Source: an uncultured Candidatus Saccharibacteria bacterium (GTDB lineage Bacteria; Patescibacteriota; Dojkabacteria; J137). Taken from it: a stretch of DNA of 64,000 nt. The notes below the pieces were generated by a model. That model made no database searches. It was not told where the DNA came from and was given only the letters and a program-made list of their open reading frames with translations. The translations under genes and the position numbers were made by a program. Position 1 is the stretch's first letter. Each line of letters opens with the position of its first letter. Location of the stretch: the NCBI GenBank assembly GCA_964607415.1, contig CAZSKK010000001.1:132190-196189 (forward strand), in the 5' to 3' direction. Positions 1 to 10,093 of this stretch are shown here, piece by piece.

Positions 1-1369
1 GTATTTTTAGAATTGCTGATGGAACAACAAAAATTGACGCAATAGTCATGATTAACGATACAGTTTGAGGAATTGAATGTGAAATTACAAGTTCATCTAG
101 ATCTCTATTGATTAATAAGATTAAAGGAATTCCAAATGTCAGTAAAAAAGCCAAGACTTTCCACAAAACAAATACCTCAAAAAGATGGAAGATTTTATAG
201 ATTTTCTCAGCAATTTTAATTTTAGGATCTTTTAGTAATACCTTCATTCCAATTGGAAAGGAAATAACTCCCCAACCCCATCTAACGTACTGGCGATATT
301 GATCAACATGATTTTTAATATAATTATCATTGTAAATAGCATCTGCACTTAAAGGTACATAAAATACTTCACAAGTCCAATCCCCGTGATAATAAAGGTA
401 AGGTCTCCAGTAAAAAGTTGTATCATCAATTGCAAGTGTTGTATCCCAATAATCCACTTCTTGCATTAGTTTAAGGTTTACCGTGTAGCAAGAGTAAGTT
501 TCGCGTTTAAACTTTTCCAAAACAGAAGAAGATAAAACAGGCAGAGTTAAACTTGTTGAAAGAATTCTAATTAAAATTGGGACGTTCCAATAGTTATTAT
601 TAAAAGTATAGACTGCAGTTTGGTAAAATTTTTTATTTCTTTTGGCAGCAGTTAACCATTTATATGTGCATGCGGCTAAGTATTCTTTATGAAAGATTAT
701 ATCGCCATCGGGAGCAGTAATTAAAAATTCACTTATATCTTCGCCTCTTTTTTCTAACTCTAAAACTGAATTTTTTGTACCCCATGCTCTATTGGCTGCG
801 GCGCCTATTGCTTCACCTTCAATGTTGTCTGGGTGTACAAAAAACATTAATCTGTCCTCAAAAAAGTCCCCAAAATCTCGTTTTAATTTTTCACCTCGAC
901 TGGCATAATCAGCATCCTTTTTAGCTTTCCTTTCTTCTATTGAAACAGCTAGATAAATTAACTCCCTAGGGTAGTTTTGTTCCATAAGTCCTTTTATGCT
1001 TTTGCACAAAACTTCGTATTGTTCGCCGTAGTTTGCAATTACTATCAGATGTTTGGGAAATAAGTTTTTTTTAGGTAAAGTTTCAGAATTTGGTAAATTC
1101 TCTCTTTTCAATTTGTTTACTTCTTTAAGCCAATCTTTTTTTATATCAACTCTATACTGAATGAAACCAAGTATTCCGCCTGTAGTTAGCATAATCGCTC
1201 TGTACGCCCAGTAAACTGTTAACACCAGTAAAACATTAATCACAAGAAGTGGAGCGGAAAATCCAGCCCAGAATGGTGCTAGTAGTAATACCCAGATTAA
1301 AACACCTGGCAGAATTTCAAAAATTCTTTGAAAAAAATTGTCGTATTTGTCTACTAGTTTGGAAACCAC
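1..1369 (-). CDS. Processive family-2 glycosyltransferase, membrane-bound (partial; 3' end runs off the window start)
   Basis: Not in the ORF track. Manual translation from GTG at 1369 gives N-terminal TM helices, a DGD motif, IDD and a QYVRW (QxxRW) motif in frame, followed by TM segments. Confidence 0.8.
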   Translation of the reverse strand, partial: MVSKLVDKYDNFFQRIFEILPGVLIWVLLLAPFWAGFSAPLLVINVLLVLTVYWAYRAIMLTTGGILGFIQYRVDIKKDWLKEVNKLKRENLPNSETLPKKNLFPKHLIVIANYGEQYEVLCKSIKGLMEQNYPRELIYLAVSIEERKAKKDADYASRGEKLKRDFGDFFEDRLMFFVHPDNIEGEAIGAAANRAWGTKNSVLELEKRGEDISEFLITAPDGDIIFHKEYLAACTYKWLTAAKRNKKFYQTAVYTFNNNYWNVPILIRILSTSLTLPVLSSSVLEKFKRETYSCYTVNLKLMQEVDYWDTTLAIDDTTFYWRPYLYYHGDWTCEVFYVPLSADAIYNDNYIKNHVDQYRQYVRWGWGVISFPIGMKVLLKDPKIKIAEKIYKIFHLFEVFVLWKVLAFLLTFGIPLILLINRDLDELVISHSIPQTVSLIMTIASIFVVPSAILKI

Positions 1370-1619
1370 AAATATTAAGTTACAATTAAACAAATTTTCA
1401 ATTTACAAACATATGGATCGAAAAAATTATAACATTTTTGTAGGATGGAATCATGAAGCTAGGTTTATCACTTAGCCTTCTTTGGTTTCAAAAATATCTG
1501 ATATTAAAGTAAGAGTTGGTGCATCTATGTCGCTGACAACAACTTCACTTTTTAATTTTGGCCTTGAAGTATGAGTTTAGAAGCAATGTATGCTTTTCTT
1601 ACACTTAACTAATCTAGTT

Positions 1620-1704
1620 TACCGAGGACAGGAGTCGAACCTGCAAGTCCATTACGGACGCTGGTTCCTAAGACCAGTGCGTCTGCCAGTTCCGCCACCT
1701 CGGC
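1620..1704 (-). tRNA. tRNA-Leu(TAG)
   Basis: Cloverleaf GCCGAGG...CCTCGGT-A, anticodon arm CTGGT-CT-TAG-GA-ACCAG, long variable arm, GGTTCGACTCC T-arm. No encoded CCA. Confidence 0.97.
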
Positions 1705-1833
1705 ATGTTTTAATTAAGTGTAAGATTTAGTTAAAGATCAGCCATAAAACCTTGGCAATGGCTTAAAGCATTAGAATTATAACGTGAAAAATCTTTAAGT
1801 TCCAGAAGAAAGTACAACAATTTTTAATTTTGG

Positions 1834-1863
1834 AGCTTCAATTTTCAATTGAAAATTGAAGCT
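1834..1863. terminator. 30-bp perfect palindrome, probable terminator of the 399-aa gene
   Basis: AGCTTCAATTTTCAATTGAAAATTGAAGCT is self-complementary and lies just downstream of the stop at 1880. Confidence 0.5.
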
Positions 1864-1879
1864 TGTAAATTGTTAACTT

Positions 1880-3079
1880 TTAAATATCTGTATTTCTATT
1901 CTGAATAGGTATGCAATCATTATCTGAAACTTCAGGTAGTGTTGGAGTTGATGTAAATGCAAAATTACATGTTTCGGGATTATAATTTGGGGTTGGTGCC
2001 AATGCAGTAAAACTCAGAGTAAATTCAAAGAATTGACCAGGAGCTAGATTTCCAAGAGGAGTGTCTGTAACATCATTTATAACAATTTCGTTGTTTGTCT
2101 GACTCGTTAGGTAAGGAAGAATGCTGTCAAGAGTAGCTCCTGTACTGATTCTTGCATTTCCCCCAACAAACCTTAAATAGGTTGGATCCCAAGTATCCCT
2201 AAATCTTACAGCTGTAAATGTTGTTTGTCCTGTATTTGTAATTCGAATATTGAATCTTATAATTTCGCCAATTTGATAAACTCTATCTTCTAAAACTCTT
2301 TTGTCGATTGCTATGCCTTCTTCAAGCTGTGCTTGAGTTGTGCAGTTTAAATTGCAGTTAGGATCTACTGCATAATCACATTCTTCTATTGGCTGTCTTA
2401 TTCCATCACCACAATAGTTACAAGTAGCTGCGGTTACAGGTTGATTAGCTTCAATTCCTCTACAGCTTCCAACTGGTTGTCCATTTGAGCATGATACAAA
2501 TGTATTGGCCCCTGGTGCACTTCTTTCGCAATATTCCCCAGTTGCATTACAAATTCCATCTCCACAGAATGGAGCTGGTGGAGGAGGTGGTGTAACAACT
2601 TGTCTACAATATCTATATAAATATGATGGATTTTGGCATGTTGGACATCTTTCCTGACAGCTAATATTATCCATTCTTACACATCCGGCATCTCCTGCTC
2701 TTTGATTGCTTGTTCCGCAATTTTCCCAACCTGCCGGACATCCTGGTAATGTTGCTGCGCAAGTTGTTGGCGGATTAACAACACAGCCGTTGTTTGAGGC
2801 AGGTTGATCCTCTCCTCTTAAACATATACAAGATCCAGCACCTCCATCAGGATTTCTAATAGGATCACCATAAGTACAATAAGTTGCATCAGGCCACTCG
2901 CAAACAAGACCATAACATGCAGTTTCATTTGTACAGGAAACTTGCGCTTCAACTTTATCTGATTCTTTATAGATTAACGTTGTTGAAATCAGCGAAAATA
3001 TACCAATTAATAAAAAAGTATATAATGCAAGAGTTAGTTTTAAGAATTTTTTTGCGTTTGCTGATCTTGAATGTCTCAT
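1880..3079 (-). CDS. Cys-rich surface protein with CGDG repeats and a C-terminal DUF11-like Ig domain
   Basis: N-terminal TM/signal, many Cys, CGDGICN and CGDGIRQPIEECD repeats, poly-Pro linker, then a DUF11-type I.K...GE.I.F.I.ITNTG...D pattern. Confidence 0.75.
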   Translation of the reverse strand: MRHSRSANAKKFLKLTLALYTFLLIGIFSLISTTLIYKESDKVEAQVSCTNETACYGLVCEWPDATYCTYGDPIRNPDGGAGSCICLRGEDQPASNNGCVVNPPTTCAATLPGCPAGWENCGTSNQRAGDAGCVRMDNISCQERCPTCQNPSYLYRYCRQVVTPPPPPAPFCGDGICNATGEYCERSAPGANTFVSCSNGQPVGSCRGIEANQPVTAATCNYCGDGIRQPIEECDYAVDPNCNLNCTTQAQLEEGIAIDKRVLEDRVYQIGEIIRFNIRITNTGQTTFTAVRFRDTWDPTYLRFVGGNARISTGATLDSILPYLTSQTNNEIVINDVTDTPLGNLAPGQFFEFTLSFTALAPTPNYNPETCNFAFTSTPTLPEVSDNDCIPIQNRNTDI

Positions 3080-3298
3080 AGTATAATTTTAAAACAGGCT
3101 ATGTAGAAAATCAGTAAACAAATATATATATGAAATATAACATATAATACTGGTTTTGTTAAGTACTATATGCAGTTTTATTCGACAGATAAGCAGATCA
3201 AAGGAATTAACAATGACTTATAGCGTACAACACATAGCTGATAGTGATGGGTCCAGGGGTGTCACTATGCGCTATATGCTATCTGCTAGTTGCTAACT

Positions 3299-4147
3299 AT
3301 GAAAAAAGACGACAGAAATACATTATTATTGGTTCTTTTTATACTTATTGTATGTATAGTAAGTCTTGTTGCGATTTTTACGATTATTTGGAGAATAATT
3401 GCGAACCCGGTTCGAGAAGCGGTTGCAGCTGTTAATCAATTTTTGGAAGGTGAACCAGAGTATAATTATAATTTTGACGTTCCAAAAACTAAGGCTGAAA
3501 ATAAGAGTGAGAGTAGGAATCAGAATGAAGATAATGGTGAGAATAAGAATAAGACTGAGAACAATAAAGAAGAAAAGAAAGAGGAAGAAGTTAAAGCTTC
3601 AGACCCAGTTATTGTGTATGATTATAATTTTCCTGTATCTGAAAAGCCTTCCTATGGTCAAGTTGATCAATCATTGTTAAGCTTTCCCGATGCCATTGTA
3701 ACGGATGCACAATTGGCAGGTTATGGAACGGGTTCAGATACTCCACAAATTAATATGCAAATTATTATCCCAAGAGTCAATGTTAATAGTCCAGTGTGGC
3801 AAGGACTCGGGGCCGATGATCTGTTGCAAAAAGGATTCTGGATTCACCCAGCGTCAAAAACTTTAGGCGAAGGTGAGGTTGTAATGCTTTGTCATAGAAG
3901 GCATTTTGGTCCGTACGACCCCAGAAGCTGTTGGTATCTAGATCAAATGCAAAAAGGTGATGAAATCTATCTTAAATATTTTGATACTTCTTTGAAATAT
4001 GAAGTGGTGGGGATAAATGTTTTTGAAGGTAATGATCCTTTAATTTATTCAATAAATTCTTCAGAAGATTATATTAAAATCGTTACATGTACCCCTCTTT
4101 ATTCCAATACGCACAGAATTGTAGTTTTGGCTAGGCGCGTGGACTAA
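3299..4147 (+). CDS. Sortase family protein
   Basis: N-terminal TM, charged linker, IIIPRVNV, His in CHRRH, IVTCTP and RIVV.A give the His-Cys-Arg triad. ATG 3299 preferred over TTG 3290. Confidence 0.9.
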   Translation: MKKDDRNTLLLVLFILIVCIVSLVAIFTIIWRIIANPVREAVAAVNQFLEGEPEYNYNFDVPKTKAENKSESRNQNEDNGENKNKTENNKEEKKEEEVKASDPVIVYDYNFPVSEKPSYGQVDQSLLSFPDAIVTDAQLAGYGTGSDTPQINMQIIIPRVNVNSPVWQGLGADDLLQKGFWIHPASKTLGEGEVVMLCHRRHFGPYDPRSCWYLDQMQKGDEIYLKYFDTSLKYEVVGINVFEGNDPLIYSINSSEDYIKIVTCTPLYSNTHRIVVLARRVD

Positions 4148-4163
4148 CAAAATGTGATGATTT

Positions 4164-4329
4164 CCTCACCACACGAATGGAATGAGTGAGGGAGAGGACT
4201 AAGGTGAGGGTTAGGTCGAAAACTGAGCCATAACCTCACCCCGAAAAAACACATTGTGCTTTTGAGTGCAGCTAACTAGCTCCGTTCGACAGCATAATAT
4301 GCTGTCTCATCCTTAAAAGGAGAGGAAAT
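4164..4329. repeat. Composite GC-rich hairpin repeat (CCTCACC / GGAGAGG type) with a nested hairpin at 4286-4309
   Basis: Shares motifs with 12068-12115 and 50948-51022; lies between convergent genes. Confidence 0.55.
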
Positions 4330-5664
4330 CTATAGAGTGTAATCAACATTCCTGACTTTCTTCCTGTTCTTCGCATTTCCTTCTTTACTAACTCTTAAAA
4401 GAAGCGCAACACCAATAATTATAGAAATAGTACTACTACCTCCATACGAAAAAAATGGTAAAGGCATTCCTCCAAAAGGAATAACTCCTAAGTTTGCTGC
4501 AATATTTAAAAATGCTTGTATAGAAATCCAGGAAGTAACACCAACAGCAAGTAATGAAGAAAAGCGGTCAGGTGCCTTTCTAGCTACATCAATACCTAAA
4601 GAAGCAAAGTACAAAAATGAAATAATAACTAAAACTGCACCAACAAATCCAAACTCTTCAGCAATTACTGCAAATATAGAATCTGTATATGCTGCTTCTT
4701 GCAAAAATCCTAGTTTAAGCCTTGATTCACCATAACCTCTACCAAACAACCCACCATATCCTATTGCTACAATGCCATTCCAGCTTTGAAAACTTTCTCC
4801 AAGCTTTGAAGATTGACTAGGTTCGCCTTTAGTAAGGATTTCTAAAAATGATTTTAATCTTTGCCTTCTGTAATCTACTGCAAGCAGTGCAATTGTGCCA
4901 AAAATACCTGAGAATAATAAAATGATAATACTGCTTATTGTGTAAATCGCATCTGTACCTGAAACATAAAATACACTTAAAACTGTTAAAACAATAATTA
5001 CAGCTGTATCCAAATCTTTTTGTGCAAGAATCAGAAGACTTACAAACCCAAGAAGCATAAGAAATGGGGTGATTATGTTAGTCATTTGATCCTTTTTTAT
5101 ATCTTTAATTCTTTTAAGAATTGGCCGTTCGCGGGATAGCCACGCAGAAAGGTAAATTATAAATGCAAGCTTTATATATTCAGCTGTTTGGAAGTCAAAA
5201 AAACCAAGATCAATCCATCTAGTTGCACCATTTAAAGTTTTAATAAATGGAAAATTTAATCGTGCATTACCATCTGCTTCAATTCCGCTTAAAGCTTCTG
5301 GAAGCATAATGATTAGCAGGACAATACCGATAGTTAGCAAAGGAGCACTTAATTTTCTGAGTACCTGAAGAGGTGTCATATACACTCCAAAACCTAAAAT
5401 TACACCTCCAATGATCCAGATTAATTGTTTTTTAAAGAAGAAAAATGTATCACCTTGATTTTTATTTGCTCCATAAGCACTTGCGCTAAAAATCATTAAT
5501 AAACCTGCAAGCAGCATAAGTGAAACTAGATATACAATAGTCATGTTTGGTAGAACAAATTCTCTTTTCTTAGGAAGATCTTTGTTTGTCCTGACTACTT
5601 TTTTACTTTTTGCAACCGAGTGTTTGGTTTTCTTTTTCCGGTTCAGTAAGTTGGTGTATAGCAT
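4330..5664 (-). CDS. ftsW: SEDS peptidoglycan polymerase FtsW/RodA
   Basis: NGATRWI, FQTAEYIK, GGLFGRG, TDSIFAVIAEEFG and PFFSYGGSS motifs; about 10 TM helices. Confidence 0.9.
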   Translation of the reverse strand: MLYTNLLNRKKKTKHSVAKSKKVVRTNKDLPKKREFVLPNMTIVYLVSLMLLAGLLMIFSASAYGANKNQGDTFFFFKKQLIWIIGGVILGFGVYMTPLQVLRKLSAPLLTIGIVLLIIMLPEALSGIEADGNARLNFPFIKTLNGATRWIDLGFFDFQTAEYIKLAFIIYLSAWLSRERPILKRIKDIKKDQMTNIITPFLMLLGFVSLLILAQKDLDTAVIIVLTVLSVFYVSGTDAIYTISSIIILLFSGIFGTIALLAVDYRRQRLKSFLEILTKGEPSQSSKLGESFQSWNGIVAIGYGGLFGRGYGESRLKLGFLQEAAYTDSIFAVIAEEFGFVGAVLVIISFLYFASLGIDVARKAPDRFSSLLAVGVTSWISIQAFLNIAANLGVIPFGGMPLPFFSYGGSSTISIIIGVALLLRVSKEGNAKNRKKVRNVDYTL

Positions 5665-5999
5665 ATAGCGTTTAGCTTATAGCAAATAGTAAATAGAAAA
5701 ATTGTAACTAGTAAATTAAAACACTTAACCTTTAACTTTTAACCTGACTACATCTTATCGTGTTTATCATAAAAAAGAAAAAGAGAAAAAGGAAGAGGGG
5801 TTATTCGACAAACTTATGTTATTTGTTGTAGAATTGGTCGTGAACGTTTATGAGTTCCATGTTTTCGAGTTAGCGAGTTAAAAATGGTTCATCCAAAATA
5901 CTCTTGCTTCTTGATTTATTCATGAATCTTGAATCAGTTATCTTTTCTTTATTCGATATTCAACAATCTATAATTCTAAATTATTCAACATTCTAAACT

Positions 6000-8900
6000 A
6001 TGATTAATAAACTAACTTCAGTCTTTGACTCAAATAACAAACAAATAAAAAAAACAGAACCTACTTTAAAAAAGATTAGAGATCTTGAAAAACAAGTGTC
6101 GCAAATGAGTATAGATCAGATTAAAAAAAGGGTTTCTGAAATGAAAGCTGATTTGGCGAAGAATAAAGCTGAAATTCCGGAAGATTCAAAAAGATCTTTG
6201 AGAAAGGTAGAGAGAACAAAAGGACTGCCCTCTTATGAAATTGAAATTCAAGAAAAATTAAGAAACTATCTTCCGGAAGTTTTTGCATTTGTGAATGAAA
6301 TTTACAAAAGAAAAATGGGGTTTGGCTATCATGACGTTCAGCTGCAAGCAGGAATTGTTTTAGCAGATGGACAAAGGTTGGTAGAAATGAAAACAGGAGA
6401 AGGAAAAACCATGACGTTCCAACTTCCTTTAGCACTTTACGCAATTGCTGGAAGAGGTGCTCACCTTGCAACAGTAAATGATTACCTGGCAAAAATAGGT
6501 GCAGAATATGCTGGCCACATTCTTTCTGATTTAGGAATTTCAGTTGGTGTAATTACACCTCAGGAATCATACAAATTTATTACCGATGAAGAAGTGAAAA
6601 GCTTAAAAGGTGAGGAAAGTTACGGAGAAAGAAAGAAACAAAGAATGCAGATAGATAATATGACCGGGTTAAATTTACTTTCTTGTACAAAAAAACAGGC
6701 ATATGAGTGCGATATAACTTATGGAACAAATAACGAATTCGGATTCGACTATCTTAGAGACAATATGGCATCGGATCTTTCCAGAGTCTCTCAAAGAGAG
6801 CTTTACTTTTGTATCATCGACGAAGCTGACTCAATTCTGATTGATGAAGCAAGAACTCCTTTGATCATTTCAGCTACTCCATCGGACTCAGATACAGAAA
6901 AATATGTAAGGTTTGCCAGTGCAGTTAGGGACCTTATCGAAGATGTAGATTATACAGTTGATCATAAAGATAGGGCAGTAACATTAACTGAAGAAGGCAT
7001 CAAAAAAGTTGAATCTATCTTAGAAGTACCAAATCTTTGGGATGATTATTCTATGGCATATCACCTTGAAAATGCATTAAAAGCAAAAGCTTTATTTAAA
7101 AAAGATGATGAATATTTGCTTCGAAATGGCGAAGTATTAATTGTTGATGAATTCACAGGACGTGTAATGAAAGGTAGAAGATATTCAGAGGGTCTTCATC
7201 AGGCTATTGAGGCAAAAGAAGGTGTTGAAATTAAACAAGAAAGTAAAACTTATGCAACCATTACGTTCCAGAACTTTTTCAGGATGTATAAAATTCTTTG
7301 TGGAGGCTCAGGAACAGTTTTAACTGAAGCAGAAGAGTTTTTTAAGATTTATGGTCTTGAATCAATGGAAATACCAACTAATAAACCTACAATTAGAGCT
7401 GACCACCAGGATAGAATTTTCAAAAATCAAACAGCAAAATTTAGAGCGGTAGCCGCTGATATAAAAGAAAGATACGAAAAAGGGCAACCAGTATTGATAG
7501 GTACAGTGTCAGTTGAAAAGTCAGAATTGTTATCAAGACTTTTGGATGAGCAAGGAATCCCACATGAAGTTCTGAATGCTAAGTATCACGAACAAGAAGC
7601 AAGAATTGTAGCTTTGGCTGGTAGAAAAGGTGCTGTTACAGTTGCAACCAATATGGCGGGAAGAGGAACAGATATTGTTATTGGAGGAGGGTCCAGAGGT
7701 GATGATGCTTGGAAAGAAGTTGTTGAACTAGGGGGTTTATATGTGATTGGTACTGAAAGACACGATTCCAGGAGAATTGATAATCAGTTAAGGGGTAGAA
7801 CTGGAAGGCAAGGAGAGCCAGGAGAGACCAGGTTCTATGTTTCCTTAGACGATGAAATAATGAGAGTTTTAGGAGGTGAGGTTATGTCTAGAATTTTAGG
7901 AATGGTAAGAATGGATGAAGATATGCCAATTGAACTTAAACTAATTTCAAAGCAAATAGAAACAGCTCAAAAAAGAATTGAAGGCATGAATTTTGATAGT
8001 AGAAAAAGAGTTGTTGAATATGATGATGTGATGAACCAGCATAGAGAAGTATTCTACTCAAAAAGATTTAGCTTTTTAAATAGAGTTGAAAATTCTTTGG
8101 GTAGATTTAAAGACGATGCAAAATTTTTGGATTTAAACCTTGAAGAAAATAAAGATTTAAGATCCAATTATGAATCTAAAGTAATAGAAGCTCAAAATAA
8201 TATTAAATCTGAAATAGAAGATATAGTAATGGAAGAAGCTGCAAAGATTGTAACTTTGAATTCACAAGGAAAACTTTCGGATAAAGATATTGAAGAACTA
8301 ACAAAAGATTTCTTAACTTTAATTCCAGAAGATTATCTTTCTGGAATTTTGGAAACTTCAGAAAGTGAAGTTTCTGAAAAAATCGCTGAAAGCCTTAAAG
8401 GTAAAAAGTTCATTGATATACAAAATTATCTTTTAGATTTAGTTAACAAGGCCTTTATACAAAGACTTTCAGAGTTTAGGTCGGACCTATACCCTCTTTC
8501 AAAGCAGTTGGTTTTACAACAAATGGATTTTAAATGGGTTGATCATTTGGAAATAATGACTGATATTAGACATGGAATTGGGCTTCAAGGATATGCTCAA
8601 AAAGATCCTTTGGTTGAATATAAAAATAAAGCTTTTGGCGTATTTGAATCATTAATTAGAAATATAAATTCTGAGATTGCAAGAAGCTTATTTAGAATTC
8701 AAAAAGTAGCAAGACAAGAACAGCCTGTAAATATTTCTACAAACGAAGAAGAAATAGAAGATATATTAGTTGGAGATAGAGAGTCTATTGTTAGTGGAGG
8801 TAACAATAAACTTAAGTCTATAATCCAGGATTTAGAAAAGAATAGGCAAAGCACAGAAGCAACCGCTAAAGGCAATTTATCAGAAGGTAACGCAACAATA

Positions 8901-9035
8901 AAAAAAGGTGTTAAAGAATTTGGAAGAAATGATAAAGTTAGTGTTAAATATTCAGATGGAAAAATTGTAAAAGACGTTAAGTACAAGAAAGTTGAAGATG
9001 ATGTTAAGAGCGGAAAAGCAAGCATTTTAGGGTAA
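6000..9035 (+). CDS. secA: Preprotein translocase ATPase SecA
   Basis: EMKTGEGKT, GFDYLRDNM, DEADSILIDEARTPLIIS, ATNMAGRGTDI, RRIDNQLRGR.GRQG, DPLVEYK. Confidence 0.99.
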   Translation: MINKLTSVFDSNNKQIKKTEPTLKKIRDLEKQVSQMSIDQIKKRVSEMKADLAKNKAEIPEDSKRSLRKVERTKGLPSYEIEIQEKLRNYLPEVFAFVNEIYKRKMGFGYHDVQLQAGIVLADGQRLVEMKTGEGKTMTFQLPLALYAIAGRGAHLATVNDYLAKIGAEYAGHILSDLGISVGVITPQESYKFITDEEVKSLKGEESYGERKKQRMQIDNMTGLNLLSCTKKQAYECDITYGTNNEFGFDYLRDNMASDLSRVSQRELYFCIIDEADSILIDEARTPLIISATPSDSDTEKYVRFASAVRDLIEDVDYTVDHKDRAVTLTEEGIKKVESILEVPNLWDDYSMAYHLENALKAKALFKKDDEYLLRNGEVLIVDEFTGRVMKGRRYSEGLHQAIEAKEGVEIKQESKTYATITFQNFFRMYKILCGGSGTVLTEAEEFFKIYGLESMEIPTNKPTIRADHQDRIFKNQTAKFRAVAADIKERYEKGQPVLIGTVSVEKSELLSRLLDEQGIPHEVLNAKYHEQEARIVALAGRKGAVTVATNMAGRGTDIVIGGGSRGDDAWKEVVELGGLYVIGTERHDSRRIDNQLRGRTGRQGEPGETRFYVSLDDEIMRVLGGEVMSRILGMVRMDEDMPIELKLISKQIETAQKRIEGMNFDSRKRVVEYDDVMNQHREVFYSKRFSFLNRVENSLGRFKDDAKFLDLNLEENKDLRSNYESKVIEAQNNIKSEIEDIVMEEAAKIVTLNSQGKLSDKDIEELTKDFLTLIPEDYLSGILETSESEVSEKIAESLKGKKFIDIQNYLLDLVNKAFIQRLSEFRSDLYPLSKQLVLQQMDFKWVDHLEIMTDIRHGIGLQGYAQKDPLVEYKNKAFGVFESLIRNINSEIARSLFRIQKVARQEQPVNISTNEEEIEDILVGDRESIVSGGNNKLKSIIQDLEKNRQSTEATAKGNLSEGNATIKKGVKEFGRNDKVSVKYSDGKIVKDVKYKKVEDDVKSGKASILG

Positions 9036-9110
9036 GAGGTAGAGAGCATTAGAGCATAAAGCCTGGGTTAACTGGTAATGAAGCTAATTTTTGGTAGTAA
9101 ATGAGATCGA

Positions 9111-9746
9111 ATGATTCCTGAAATCTTAGAACAAAAAGAAGTAATTCTTTCAAAAATCCAAAAGGCTGGAATAGATATAGACAATATTCACTCTGTACAT
9201 CTTTTTGGTTCACATTTTTGGGGATATGCAAATGAAAATAGCGATATAGATTTATACATAGTTTTAAAATCACCAAAAGATAAAGTTCCAGATATAGATA
9301 ATCTTTCACTACACTATCAAATAACCACTGAGGAAATTAATCAAAAAATTTCAAATGGAAGCTGGGCAAGCTTTTACGTTTTGAATTATTGTTCGGAATT
9401 ATTGTATGGCGAAAAAGTTAAAACTATTGAGTATCCTAAAGAGAAAATTAATGATTATCTAAAAGAAAAATCCGAAGATTATAATTTGATTGATGAAAAG
9501 GGTTTACCGTTTGCGTTCATTGTAATTATGCTTCGAGTTTTTTTTCTAAACTTTGTTAACGGGATTAAGTCTTTTGAGCTTACAGATTTTAGAAAGTGCA
9601 ATGGTCTGTCTTTTGATCAGAAATCGTTTTTAGAAAGAAAGTATCAAGATTTGTATGGTGATAGAAGTTTCAATGATCACGATAAGTCTGAATTTAAAAA
9701 GATATTTAAAGAACTTGATTTAAGAATTTTCAATTTACAACTATAA
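9111..9746 (+). CDS. Pol-beta-like nucleotidyltransferase domain protein
   Basis: LFGSHFWG...SDIDLYIV (GS + DxD) motif with a helical C-terminal region. Confidence 0.75.
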   Translation: MIPEILEQKEVILSKIQKAGIDIDNIHSVHLFGSHFWGYANENSDIDLYIVLKSPKDKVPDIDNLSLHYQITTEEINQKISNGSWASFYVLNYCSELLYGEKVKTIEYPKEKINDYLKEKSEDYNLIDEKGLPFAFIVIMLRVFFLNFVNGIKSFELTDFRKCNGLSFDQKSFLERKYQDLYGDRSFNDHDKSEFKKIFKELDLRIFNLQL

Positions 9747-9859
9747 AAAATTTTCAAAATTAGACGCGATACTAGTGAAAATCGTAAATTTTTTAAATTG
9801 GTAATTTTCATATATCTGGTCTCTAACTTTTGATTTCTGACTTTATGTTAGAATACAGT

Positions 9860-10093
9860 ATGACTTCAATTCCATCTAAATACAAACCATTCTACTGGGA
9901 TGTAGATATTGAAAATCTCGATACTAATAAATACAAAAATTTTATTATAGAACGGGCTTTGGAGAAGGGACGAATTGATTTATTGGTATGGATTTTTTCT
10001 GTTTACACTGTTTCAGATGTTCTTCACGTTTTATCCGATTCTAAGAATATTTCTAATGCCACCAAGTTACTTTGGGGTAAGGTTTTGATATGA
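9860..10093 (+). CDS. DUF6922-like putative antitoxin
   Basis: FYWDVD...FIIERALEKG pattern; overlaps the next gene by ATGA; ATG 9860 follows TAGAAT. Confidence 0.75.
   Translation: MTSIPSKYKPFYWDVDIENLDTNKYKNFIIERALEKGRIDLLVWIFSVYTVSDVLHVLSDSKNISNATKLLWGKVLI

Noticed and set aside
1380-1610. Small ORF or tag-like reading frame downstream of tRNA-Leu
   Set aside because: Short open stretch on the minus strand without a credible start; no recognisable RNA structure.
6121-9309. Antisense/shadow ORFs over secA, and similar ones over miaB, the ABC genes, ku and ligD
   Set aside because: They overlap confident genes on the opposite strand or in another frame and lack motifs.
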